Virus record (IMG/VR): IMGVR_UViG_2541047699_000015
DNA from: a virus
Taxonomy: Duplodnaviria; Heunggongvirae; Uroviricota; Caudoviricetes
Length of the DNA: 41,468 nucleotides
Direction: 5' to 3' (one strand)
The notes beneath the pieces were generated by a model. That model saw only the letters and a program-made list of their open reading frames with translations, made no database searches and was not told the DNA's origin. The position numbers and the translations under genes were made by a program. The first letter of the stretch is position 1, and each line of letters opens with the position of its first letter. Of this stretch, positions 8,065-17,246 are shown in pieces.

Positions 8065-8563
8065 GTATAGCGGGAAGGTTATACCTACTGGTGAGTTTAA
8101 AACTGATGACTTTCTGATTTCGCTAAAAGATGCTTTTAAACAACACTGGCGTCATGGTCATCATCCTGATCTGGGAAAAGATACTCTTTTTGAAAGACCA
8201 GACGAAGTATTAGGCTTCCATCTCAGAAAGGTTCATGTCAATATTGGTGAATATGCATCATATTCATACTCATGTACTGAACAGTGTTGGGATGAGTGGT
8301 CATATGGATTGATTGATGAACAAGGAAATTACAGGCCAAAACCAACCAGTAACGCATATCTCATATATGCAGTCAATGAAATAAGAGATGCAGCCTTACT
8401 AGCTTATTGGGACCCGCCCGCACACACCAAAGCTAACGCAAAAGTTTGGATGGATTCCGTATTGAATTTCACAAAATTATTTCATGAACGAACGAATACA
8501 GCTCCACTTAGTAGAAATGTTTATCCGTGGGATTATTCGTACAAATCCAAAAAGCCTGCATAG
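8051..8563 (+). CDS. Candidate YafO-like toxin family protein (tentative)
   Basis: Segments DAFKQHWRHGHHPDLGKDTLFERPDE and FHLRKVHVNIGE resemble remembered E. coli YafO (DFISYKRDGVLPDTFGRDALYDD, ERVAHIHLANE); from memory only. Confidence 0.4.
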   Translation: MFLSEYSGKVIPTGEFKTDDFLISLKDAFKQHWRHGHHPDLGKDTLFERPDEVLGFHLRKVHVNIGEYASYSYSCTEQCWDEWSYGLIDEQGNYRPKPTSNAYLIYAVNEIRDAALLAYWDPPAHTKANAKVWMDSVLNFTKLFHERTNTAPLSRNVYPWDYSYKSKKPA

Positions 8564-8644
8564 TAGTTTTTTATGGACGAAACAAAAGTCAGTGCTACAC
8601 TCATTGACGCCACATTGAGGTGGCTTATAGATGGAAATTTCACA

Positions 8645-8806
8645 ATGAAAAAAGCATTTGCTGCACTGTTCGTTTTGTTGTCTCTGGTAGCTTCAACTCA
8701 GGCCTTTGCCGGTCGTTGTCAGCACGACAGCGACACTGCTGCTGACGGCTCCCGCTGCGGTGGGCGTTCTGCGGATTCCCGCCCGGGTGGCGGTGGCATT
8801 CGTTAA
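8645..8806 (+). CDS. Small secreted Cys-containing peptide
   Basis: Signal peptide MKKAFAALFVLLSLVASTQAFA then 31-aa Gly/Ser/Asp-rich mature part with two Cys; start at ATG 8645 rather than track start 8573. Confidence 0.45.
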   Translation: MKKAFAALFVLLSLVASTQAFAGRCQHDSDTAADGSRCGGRSADSRPGGGGIR

Positions 8807-8828
8807 AAACAAGGCCGCGAAAGCGGCC
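8805..8828 (-). terminator. Rho-independent terminator ending the virion operon
   Basis: Minus-strand hairpin GGCCGC-TTTC-GCGGCC followed by TTGTTTTT. Confidence 0.65.
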
Positions 8829-8829
8829 T

Positions 8830-8841
8830 GTGACATGTCAC
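8830..8841. repeat. Palindrome GTGACATGTCAC, copy 1
   Basis: Perfect 12-bp palindrome; contains stop codon of lipoprotein gene; immediately upstream of terminator in direction of transcription. Confidence 0.8.
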
Positions 8842-9218
8842 GCAACGCAATTATTACCGCGCCATGTAACATTTTTAATAATCTTATCAGCACCAAACTC
8901 AACGTAAACAGAGCAACTGAAATGGAGTGTATAACCGCCATCAGTTGTTGCGTATGTGTTTGAATATATAGTATTACCAATTAGATTAGACGTAGTATTA
9001 TACGTTGTGGTTTGTGGTACGTTATAACTACCAGAGCTTGAGTAAACATACACTCTGTTTCCATCTGGAGATGTAAGCTCTCCCTGAGGATACCCCCACT
9101 GCTGAACCATTGCGTCTATACTCTGCCCGCGCCACGTAAGCATATTTCTTTCAAACTGTGCAGCTGACTGGCATCCAACGAGAAGCATAAATCCAAAAAT
9201 CAAAAATACTTTTCTCAT
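8838..9218 (-). CDS. Lipoprotein at end of virion operon (possible superinfection-exclusion or virion lipoprotein)
   Basis: Start at ATG 9218 with SD AGGGG; signal peptide with lipobox LLVGC; Ser/Thr/Tyr/Asn-rich mature protein. Confidence 0.6.
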   Translation of the reverse strand: MRKVFLIFGFMLLVGCQSAAQFERNMLTWRGQSIDAMVQQWGYPQGELTSPDGNRVYVYSSSGSYNVPQTTTYNTTSNLIGNTIYSNTYATTDGGYTLHFSCSVYVEFGADKIIKNVTWRGNNCVA

Positions 9219-9303
9219 AATTACCCCTATCATGGAAAAACAGCACCAATCCACAAATTAACTAGTTATTTTATTATTCTTCCGAACAATACAATTCCGA
9301 ATA

Positions 9304-9426
9304 CTACAAAGCCGAACCATGCCGCTGCACGCAACAGAGATTCCAATTGAAACCCATTTTTATCAAAATGTATGAATAGCATAAAAACGCTGCACATATT
9401 AGTACAATAAAAGTTATTTGAACCAT
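9304..9426 (-). CDS. Small hydrophobic peptide (about 40 aa), not in ORF track
   Basis: SD AAGGAG immediately after stop of upstream gene, 5 nt before second of tandem ATGs; product MVQITFIVLICAAFLCYSYILIKMGFNWNLCCVQRHGSAL; alternative is track ORF 9266-9454 which lacks an SD. Confidence 0.3.
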   Translation of the reverse strand: MVQITFIVLICAAFLCYSYILIKMGFNWNLCCVQRHGSAL

Positions 9427-9437
9427 CATATCTCCTT

Positions 9438-11912
9438 TTATTGCGGAGTGACATCCTGTGGTCGCCACCAGTATGTCTGGTTAAACTCTTTCTTCGAACG
9501 TTGCTCCATTTTACGCAAATAGCCTGGTGAAAAATACTCCTGCATCTGGTTAAAGATCATGTGATCGAGAGCCGCCTTCAAGTACCAGAGATTCGCACCA
9601 GGCATCAAACCTTTCCCCAGCTTCACCAGATCACCACCAGTCTGCTCACTCTTCCCTTCCACAGCATTTAACGGTATGCCCTGAGCAATCTTCACTACGT
9701 CATCAACCAGACCAGCTACCGGGCCAAGCATCGACGCCAGCGCGCCGCTTCCGTACCTAGTGTGATCTGACAATAAAAAGTCACCGTAAAGGCCAAGACC
9801 ACCACCTTTCAGTAGAGCACCAAGCCAGAATTTTGCGGCATCTTCTCCTGTCATCTCTCGAGGATTACGACCAGACGCAAGGTCGTTAAGTTGCTGCGAC
9901 AAAGCGCCAAGAATGGTCGTACTGGCAATAAACGTCGCAATATATGCCGCACGCCCACCAGCAGACGGCATACCCATAGCGCGTGACCAGTGACGCATAA
10001 CAACCGAGATAGGGAACGATTTAAACAGGAAAACACTTCTCGTTAATTCACCTTTCCATGTTCCACGCTGAATACCAGAACCGGTTATCAGTTGCTCACG
10101 TGCTCCCGGTGTAATAACAGCCATATCAACTTCTTCAGTTACGGCACCGAGCAGTTTACGCATTGCCTCAAATTTCACGCGTTCAGGCTCACCAAGATGT
10201 TTAACTGCTGAATCAGGGATACGCATAATGCTTTCCGGTGTCAGCATCGTATTATTACCGTTCCCCCAGTCCTCCTGTTTCGCCAGCTTCCATACGCTCC
10301 AGTCTGTGTCAGTAATCCCTTTGCTTTTCAGGATACGAAAATCAGAGTCATCGAGGCTACGAAGGTCTGGTGTCCGTGACACTACTTCTCCCAGGCTTCC
10401 CATCATGGTTACGCCATAGGCGCGCTTGTGCGCATCTGACCATGCTGTAAGCCCACTGGCACGCATTACCGCCGTTGCCGCCCAACGAGACACTGACGGC
10501 CCCATATTATCCATCGCCCAGCGGTTAACGCTGCCAAGTAGAGATTCCATCGCCAGACCAGCGCGGCGCGCCCGCGCAAGTTCTGTACGGTTCGTTGGGT
10601 CCATAGCTTCAAGCTGGTTGCGGAATAACTGGTTCATTGGAAGGTTGGTAACCTTCGCAGACAGATACATGGTTCCAAGATCAGAGAACGATGACAGCAA
10701 CGCGGATCCGAGTCTGCTGGCAACCAGCCAGTTGCGGATATTGTCAGACCATCGCGCGATGTGCGGATTCGCTACAGGCTGTGTCTTTCCGGAAATAAAG
10801 TTGTACAGATTCTCTGTGTTGTTCGCCAGCCGCTCGACTTTACCGGTTTTACTCGGGTTAGCTGTTGCCGTTTCTGCCTTCACCTGATCAAGAAGAGAGC
10901 GGAAAACATGATCGGGGTTTGGGCCATATGTTTCCACCAGTGCAATATCTTTACTGATACCTTCCAGGTGACAGACCATGATTTCCCATAGAGAGCGATC
11001 GCCATAAAGTTGCTGATATTGCAGATAGGAATCTGCATCTTTGAAATGTATCTGTCGTGATGCATTACCACGGTTAGCACGTGCGCCGGAAATTCGCATT
11101 CCGGTATCAGTAAGCTTATTCAGCCCACCAGTAGCGATCGTGTTATAAGCCTCTCCAAGAAATGAAGACAACTCTGCATCGTTCATCAGTTGTCCATCGG
11201 CTCGGATATAATATTTGCGATCCAGCTTACCTATAACATCGCTAACCCACTTATCCTTTGATACTGCCCCAACCTTTTCCATAGAATGATGTTGAGGGAT
11301 CCCCCAGTTTTCGAGATAGCCAATGTCCCCACCAGCATCATTAAACCGGCGGCGCAGCAGCTCTGTAACTTCTCTCCACGCCTTAGCACCGTTTCTTGCT
11401 TTAGCATTGCCAGTAGTTTGCCCCCGCATTTCATATACCAGGTCACGTACGCCCGCTTCATCTTCAAACAGACCAAAAAAGCGAGGATCAACTGCTTCGA
11501 ATGCCTCCTGCAATTGACTCAATGCATAATCACGGGTGGCTTTTGTTCTGGATTCAACAGAGAGGAAATTAGATTTACCGTCTGCATTAAAAGCTATAGT
11601 ACGGTTAAGAGCGCCAAGTTTCCCATCAGCCCCTTGATAGCTATTGATAAATTTATCCAATCTCTGACGCGCGGCTATAGTGAGAGCCACACGACGTTTC
11701 TTTAATGCCGCTTCTCGCTGTAATTCTTCAGATGCCAATTGTGCTGCTCGATATAGCCGCTCTGATTCGGAAAGTTGTCGCCACGACATAGGGTCATCAC
11801 GAGCAATGGAGCGCATATTTCGATAAATGCGGTCTTCAATGTTCTGTATTTCTCGCGCCGTTAACATGCGCTGCGCCGCCTGCTGAACCGCTTGTATACA
11901 TTCCTGTCTCAT
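9438..11912 (-). CDS. Internal virion (ejection) protein, T7 gp16 C-terminal-like
   Basis: 824 aa; segments FLFKSFPISVVMRHW and LASMLGPVAGLVDD resemble remembered T7 gp16 C-terminal region. Confidence 0.55.
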   Translation of the reverse strand: MRQECIQAVQQAAQRMLTAREIQNIEDRIYRNMRSIARDDPMSWRQLSESERLYRAAQLASEELQREAALKKRRVALTIAARQRLDKFINSYQGADGKLGALNRTIAFNADGKSNFLSVESRTKATRDYALSQLQEAFEAVDPRFFGLFEDEAGVRDLVYEMRGQTTGNAKARNGAKAWREVTELLRRRFNDAGGDIGYLENWGIPQHHSMEKVGAVSKDKWVSDVIGKLDRKYYIRADGQLMNDAELSSFLGEAYNTIATGGLNKLTDTGMRISGARANRGNASRQIHFKDADSYLQYQQLYGDRSLWEIMVCHLEGISKDIALVETYGPNPDHVFRSLLDQVKAETATANPSKTGKVERLANNTENLYNFISGKTQPVANPHIARWSDNIRNWLVASRLGSALLSSFSDLGTMYLSAKVTNLPMNQLFRNQLEAMDPTNRTELARARRAGLAMESLLGSVNRWAMDNMGPSVSRWAATAVMRASGLTAWSDAHKRAYGVTMMGSLGEVVSRTPDLRSLDDSDFRILKSKGITDTDWSVWKLAKQEDWGNGNNTMLTPESIMRIPDSAVKHLGEPERVKFEAMRKLLGAVTEEVDMAVITPGAREQLITGSGIQRGTWKGELTRSVFLFKSFPISVVMRHWSRAMGMPSAGGRAAYIATFIASTTILGALSQQLNDLASGRNPREMTGEDAAKFWLGALLKGGGLGLYGDFLLSDHTRYGSGALASMLGPVAGLVDDVVKIAQGIPLNAVEGKSEQTGGDLVKLGKGLMPGANLWYLKAALDHMIFNQMQEYFSPGYLRKMEQRSKKEFNQTYWWRPQDVTPQ

Positions 11913-11917
11913 TTAAT

Positions 11918-13720
11918 TTAACCTCTCAAGAAACACGCCACAGCGACATCAAACAGGCTGGAATCCTGTATTGCCTGCTCACTTTCCCTGTTCGCTTCAT
12001 CCAGTGCTTCACGCGCACTGCGCGATTGTGGATTACCATCATCATCCAGCACGGTGATTATCATGTCAGGTGATTCAAGCAGCGAGTCTTCAGCTATGCG
12101 CAAATCAATATCTCCTGCCTGATCTGACATCATTTTTTGTTCTGCCTGTTGCAATATTTTATCAGGCTCAAAAGGAGCTACTTCGTCTGGCGTCCTGACC
12201 TCTGCTGTTTTATAGAATGAAACAGCCTGAGCATTAAGTTCACTTTCTGCCTGCTGTCTCCGAGCCAGTTCTGCTCGAGCTTCAAAAAACTGACCGCCAG
12301 GCTCATGCGGTGCCAACGCGTTACGAGAAAATTCCAGGCGTTCTTGTGCCTGCCGGATTCGTTGGTCAATATCGCGAAGTCTGGCCTGTTTATCTGATCG
12401 AGCACGAGATAAAGCCTTACCGCTACCGGCTGGATCTTCTGCAAGAATTTGTGCGCGCTGTTCAGTGAGATTTTCAATAATTCGTTGGCTATTAGCGATT
12501 TCAGACTGGTAAACCTGTCTATCGCCACGCGGCAAAAGCTGCGCGGCCTGTTCTTCAAGCAACCGATTTTCTATAGCGCGCGCCGTTACTCCATCATCTA
12601 CAGATGACAGAGCCTCATTAACTGCCTGAGACAGCAGACTCTTGCGTCCAGGAATTTCACTGAAAGATGCAGACTCAACAATGCTGGCAACGTCTACAGG
12701 TCTCCCCTGGCTAACATCAGACATGGCTTTTCGCAGAGCCTGAATGTGCGAATTACGCGAAAGCACGTTGATCGGCACGCCGGGAGCAATATCAATTTCA
12801 GCATGATGAGCGGCATTCGCCGCCAGTGCAGCATCGATATCAACTGGTGAAAAATTTGGTGCGCTTGTAGACTCGCCGCGAGAGTTAATAAATCTGCCGA
12901 CACCACCAAACGCCACCCCAAGAACAGCATCAATAGCAATTGCCTGTCGATCCAACACATCATACTGGTTAGCCATTTCGCTATAGCCACCATCACGAAG
13001 CGTTTTTGCAGTAAGCCCACGCTGTGCCATACCGAACGCAATATTTGTACCTGCGGCATAGGCAATATCTGGCGTTGCACGTACTGCTGTTGCTGCGGCG
13101 CGTCGCACTGAACTTTCACCCGTCCGCGCAAGCTGAGCCGCCACACCTTCCGCCAGCGCACCACCAGCACGTAACCCGAGGCTCATAGGGATCAGTGTTC
13201 CGGCACCAGCAGTAATACCCTGCACTAATCCCGCTTCCTGCGCCGTCCTGAAATCAACACCCTGTGCTGTAAGCCGTTCAAACTCAGAAAAACCCTGTAG
13301 AGAAGTTACCGCCGCAGCACCTCCGACCGGACCACCGAGCGTTGTACCGACAACAGCCTGCCCGCCCATATCGAACAACCCATAAAGGACCTGCCCGGCG
13401 GTTCCGGTTGTCGCGGCATCAGGCGTCAGCCGCTTAACCTGCTGCTCTGCTAGTTTTCTCTGCTCAGCAATGTATGAAACTGAAGTGTCATTGATCGAGG
13501 TGTTTTCGTTAACAAACTGAGCAATCGGGGATACGATTTTATCCATCCCTGCCCATAGCAACTGATCTGGCTTTGCCACCAGCCCGGAGTACAAACCAGA
13601 CAATGCCGCTCCTACAGCATTGTCGAAAAAACCAACATCGCTGTTAAAGCCAGCTGGATTTGATGCTGCTTCGTCAAGCTGCTGATTCTGGTTTACTGGA
13701 TTAAGGCCAAAGTAACTCAT
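11918..13720 (-). CDS. Internal virion (ejection) protein, Gly/Ala-rich
   Basis: 600 aa, Gly/Ala-rich N-terminal half and charged coiled-coil C-terminal half; between gp15-like and gp16-like genes; ATGA-type overlap. Confidence 0.5.
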   Translation of the reverse strand: MSYFGLNPVNQNQQLDEAASNPAGFNSDVGFFDNAVGAALSGLYSGLVAKPDQLLWAGMDKIVSPIAQFVNENTSINDTSVSYIAEQRKLAEQQVKRLTPDAATTGTAGQVLYGLFDMGGQAVVGTTLGGPVGGAAAVTSLQGFSEFERLTAQGVDFRTAQEAGLVQGITAGAGTLIPMSLGLRAGGALAEGVAAQLARTGESSVRRAAATAVRATPDIAYAAGTNIAFGMAQRGLTAKTLRDGGYSEMANQYDVLDRQAIAIDAVLGVAFGGVGRFINSRGESTSAPNFSPVDIDAALAANAAHHAEIDIAPGVPINVLSRNSHIQALRKAMSDVSQGRPVDVASIVESASFSEIPGRKSLLSQAVNEALSSVDDGVTARAIENRLLEEQAAQLLPRGDRQVYQSEIANSQRIIENLTEQRAQILAEDPAGSGKALSRARSDKQARLRDIDQRIRQAQERLEFSRNALAPHEPGGQFFEARAELARRQQAESELNAQAVSFYKTAEVRTPDEVAPFEPDKILQQAEQKMMSDQAGDIDLRIAEDSLLESPDMIITVLDDDGNPQSRSAREALDEANRESEQAIQDSSLFDVAVACFLRG

Positions 13721-16230
13721 TGCGGAATATCTCCGGAGAATCTCTGACGCTTCTGTGTCAGATTAAGAACAACGGGAGAACCATCATCTTTCAGCAGATA
13801 ACCAGTACCAAGTTTCACCAGGTACTGACTATCGCCGTAACTTTGCAAACCATACTGACCAGGCGGTGTTTTTATCCCGGAGCCGACAACTTGTTCATTC
13901 CAAGCCTGATTAACCTGCTTATCGAATTGCTCTGCAGACATTCCCCACGGCAAAAGGACATTCCCCATTCCGTTATAGTCATGCACGCCACCTGTAGCTA
14001 CGTTAACAGCCTGTTTCCAGACATCATTGTCAATTTCGCCTGATACCACGCCTTTTTTCGCCATCACACCAGCGTAATAATCCTTTGCGATCTCGTATGC
14101 CATTGATGCGCCCTGAGCGTCACCAGCAAATGCATCCTTCACCATGTCAGAAAACTCAAGGCGAAGATCAGCATCTTTAGGCATCGGAATACCTTTCGCA
14201 TCATCAGTACCTTTACGAGCCGCCGCGCCAGCAAGAATTGTCTGCGCAGCGGTTTCAGGAGACACGGAAACATCCGGATTAAACCAGTTTTTTTCTGCCA
14301 AAATACCACCAGGCTTATCCATCAGTATCCCGGCAACGGCAGCAGATGGAGCGTTGGCACTGATCTGCTGTAGTGCTGACATATACACCTGCCCACCACC
14401 AGTGCTCTGCCTGATGGTATCGAGATATGCTGCCTGTTGGGAAACTGGAGCATCACGAAAGAAAACACCGATCTGATTGGCCTCGTCTTTGGAAAAGAAC
14501 GTCAGTGGAGTGCCATATGACTTAGCAAGGTCACTGACCTGAGCGGCACGCAAGGCAACGCTCTGTCCAAAGTTATCCTTATTGCTCATGTCGATAGGCT
14601 TTGCCTGTCCGGAGGCAAGAGAGAACTGCACAGGATCCGACTGCCGCTGCTTTATCACCTGATTTGCAGCCGAAACAACGTTGTCATAAAGAGTTGCGCG
14701 TGCCGCATACCCCTCCCCTGTATCACCAGTATCCGGGCGTAATTGCTCAACATATGCTGTAATGCTGCTTGTCGGCATGTTGCGGAAAGAGCCTATATAC
14801 TGTCCGGCGATCTGCGTATTCTTAAACTCGGTATATCGCAGGTTTCCTTCTCTGACTCCATAAGCTGCAATAAAATCATCCTCACCAGGTGGGTTAGGAA
14901 ATTCAATGCCACGCATATACGCAGCCGTCGCATCGCGAACCCGGCTGTCGAGCATCGTTTTATATTCAGCCTGCTGTTGTCTGGCTAGTGCATCAGTCTG
15001 TCGCAACACGCTGGCCTGATCTGATTCACTTAAAGCATCGAACCAGGCTACACCGGTATAACGTTTATTTTTTGTCGGTAGCTGAGAAAGCCCCAGCGCA
15101 GCACTAACACCTGCAGTTAACTGCTGATCACTGTATGGCTGGCTACCGTTTTCATGATGGATAATGGCTGCACAAAGCGCCTTCAGGGTATCAGGATTTG
15201 ATGCATCGAGAGGCTCATCAGCAGAAACGCCAAGTTGTTCGCACACTGCTTTGATATACGACATAGTGTCATTTTTATCAGTAGGCGGTGCCCAGCGATT
15301 AATTATCTCGCTGACGGTATCAATACCCTGCCGCTGATACGACATCAGGTTCCGCCCTAATGCACGAATACCGTGTTCAGGGGTTTCGAATTTGGCAAAG
15401 CGACCATCATCACCAGTCTGCCCAACCCACGGATTAGTTTTGCTGTATTCAAGATTGCCGGGGTTATTGTTGCGTATACCGCGGGTACGATCGGAAGAGC
15501 CACTATCTGCTACAGCACGGCGAGAACCAGCAGCAGTATCGCTTAACTCGCCGTTTTGCTGTCTTACCTGAAGATAGTTTGCTCCAATAGCATTTTGAGC
15601 AGTTGCTTTTGCTGTTGCTTCTTTAAACTCGATTTTCTTGGCCTGGATTTGCTCGTCACTCCAGCCATGTGCAATGCCGTAATCCTCAATTTGCTGGAAA
15701 GTTTGCTTATTAGCCAATACGTATGCGGCGTTGTCGCCATACAATGCTGCGGCATTTTTACCATTGTTCAGCAGCGTAGCCTGAAACTGGCCTTCTTCGT
15801 AGGCATTTATTTGCCCTATCTCGTGCCGCCCGGCCTGCGTAGTGAACTGAATGCGCTGCTGCTGCGCCTGCTGCATGAAAGCATTACGAGCCTGTTCATC
15901 CGGCAGCGACATAGCCAGTTGTTCGACCTGAGCATCAAACTGCTGCGTATACTCCTGACCTTTTCCAATAGCATTTTTCCCTTGCAGGTTAAGCAAACCT
16001 GTTTCAGGGTTATTCAGCAGATCGCTGCTTATCTGGCTTAAGCTAAGAGAAGCATCCTGAGCCATAGCAACATTCGCACGCTGTTTTGCCTGCGCAATAA
16101 TACCTGCATATTGCTCTGCAACATCGCCAAGTACATCACCGACATTTGGTGTCTGAAACGATGAGAATCCCTGCGTCGAAATCCCTCTGCTCTGAACCTG
16201 ACGGCCCGATGTTGTTGGTACAACTGGCAT
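13717..16230 (-). CDS. Internal virion protein with central lysozyme-like domain
   Basis: 837 aa; central motif RGIRNNNPGNLEY...WVGQ typical of virion-associated peptidoglycan hydrolase domains; SD AGGGGA before ATG 16230. Confidence 0.5.
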   Translation of the reverse strand: MPVVPTTSGRQVQSRGISTQGFSSFQTPNVGDVLGDVAEQYAGIIAQAKQRANVAMAQDASLSLSQISSDLLNNPETGLLNLQGKNAIGKGQEYTQQFDAQVEQLAMSLPDEQARNAFMQQAQQQRIQFTTQAGRHEIGQINAYEEGQFQATLLNNGKNAAALYGDNAAYVLANKQTFQQIEDYGIAHGWSDEQIQAKKIEFKEATAKATAQNAIGANYLQVRQQNGELSDTAAGSRRAVADSGSSDRTRGIRNNNPGNLEYSKTNPWVGQTGDDGRFAKFETPEHGIRALGRNLMSYQRQGIDTVSEIINRWAPPTDKNDTMSYIKAVCEQLGVSADEPLDASNPDTLKALCAAIIHHENGSQPYSDQQLTAGVSAALGLSQLPTKNKRYTGVAWFDALSESDQASVLRQTDALARQQQAEYKTMLDSRVRDATAAYMRGIEFPNPPGEDDFIAAYGVREGNLRYTEFKNTQIAGQYIGSFRNMPTSSITAYVEQLRPDTGDTGEGYAARATLYDNVVSAANQVIKQRQSDPVQFSLASGQAKPIDMSNKDNFGQSVALRAAQVSDLAKSYGTPLTFFSKDEANQIGVFFRDAPVSQQAAYLDTIRQSTGGGQVYMSALQQISANAPSAAVAGILMDKPGGILAEKNWFNPDVSVSPETAAQTILAGAAARKGTDDAKGIPMPKDADLRLEFSDMVKDAFAGDAQGASMAYEIAKDYYAGVMAKKGVVSGEIDNDVWKQAVNVATGGVHDYNGMGNVLLPWGMSAEQFDKQVNQAWNEQVVGSGIKTPPGQYGLQSYGDSQYLVKLGTGYLLKDDGSPVVLNLTQKRQRFSGDIPQ

Positions 16231-16242
16231 CTTATTATCCCC

Positions 16243-16782
16243 TTATCGACCGGTTGGAGTGCCAACAGCAGCAGAAATCGGCGCAGCCTTCTGAGAGAAC
16301 GGGCTCCACGTTCCGCCGCCCATCTGGTATGCACCGTATGCTTTTAGTGGTGCCGTTAACAAAGTGCTGGTCATCGATGATTTAGCAGCCGACTGAGCAG
16401 CAGCCCCCTGTGCCTGAGCATTCATTCCCTGAACCTGATACCCATATGCCTCACGCTGAGCATTATTCACTGTCGTTAACGCATCAAGAGTGCCGAACTG
16501 AGCATTATCCGCAAAAACGTCAAGAGCTGTTCCGCTACTTAATTCCGCACCGGTAGCCCCCATAGTGGCCGCCGCAGTGCCTGAGCGTTGACGCATTTCA
16601 CGACGACGCTGATCCGCTTCAATATTCCCACGATTGATTGAATCCTGTGCCTGAGCTTCAGCAATTTCAGCATTCCGATCAGCTATGGCTGACTGGTATT
16701 TTGCCTGCTTGCTCTGGCTGTACATTGACGCGGCTGTGGATGCCACTGTGACGGCAACCAAAGCGATGGCTGGGTTACACAT
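16243..16782 (-). CDS. Internal virion protein B (T7 gp14-like)
   Basis: 179 aa; C-terminus APISAAVGTPTGR matches remembered T7 gp14 C-terminus APIVAAKGTKTGR; Ala/Gln-rich. Confidence 0.6.
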   Translation of the reverse strand: MCNPAIALVAVTVASTAASMYSQSKQAKYQSAIADRNAEIAEAQAQDSINRGNIEADQRRREMRQRSGTAAATMGATGAELSSGTALDVFADNAQFGTLDALTTVNNAQREAYGYQVQGMNAQAQGAAAQSAAKSSMTSTLLTAPLKAYGAYQMGGGTWSPFSQKAAPISAAVGTPTGR

Positions 16783-17246
16783 TATTTTCTCTCCATGTGA
16801 AATCTGTGGAAATTAAGACCAAGAGCACCATAAGGCGCGGCTTCTTCAAGCCTGAATCCAAGCCAGTGCAGCCATGCTTTGGCAACATGGTTTCGCTCGT
16901 CGACGTAGTTTTCCAAGCGCGGATAAACTGCCAGCATCTGCTGCAATACAGGGCGGCAGTGGCGCAGAAATGTCTTCTGATATTTTTCAATACGGCTGGT
17001 CCCGACCAGCCATGGCGTACCATTGCCACCGATCATTGACGCCGGAGATACACCAAACATGGTTACCAGCTCTCCGTTCGCGAACCCTGACCAGGCCATA
17101 GTCGCAGTGCGCAGACCAACACGCAGCGCATCTTCGGTAGTCATCAGCGATACCGCATACAGTTCGTCAATATCAGCCTGACGAACATCCGGCAAAATCA
17201 TCTGAAGATGCTCTTCGGTAGCGGGAATAATTCGAACATCGATCAT
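16782..17246 (-). CDS. Virion protein, possibly T7 gp13-like internal virion protein A
   Basis: 154 aa, position between tail tubular B and gp14-like genes; assignment by synteny only. Confidence 0.4.
   Translation of the reverse strand: MIDVRIIPATEEHLQMILPDVRQADIDELYAVSLMTTEDALRVGLRTATMAWSGFANGELVTMFGVSPASMIGGNGTPWLVGTSRIEKYQKTFLRHCRPVLQQMLAVYPRLENYVDERNHVAKAWLHWLGFRLEEAAPYGALGLNFHRFHMERK

Noticed and set aside
8830-8841. GTGACATGTCAC as a CRP binding site
   Set aside because: CRP half-sites TGTGA/TCACA are separated by 6 bp; here the spacing is 4 bp
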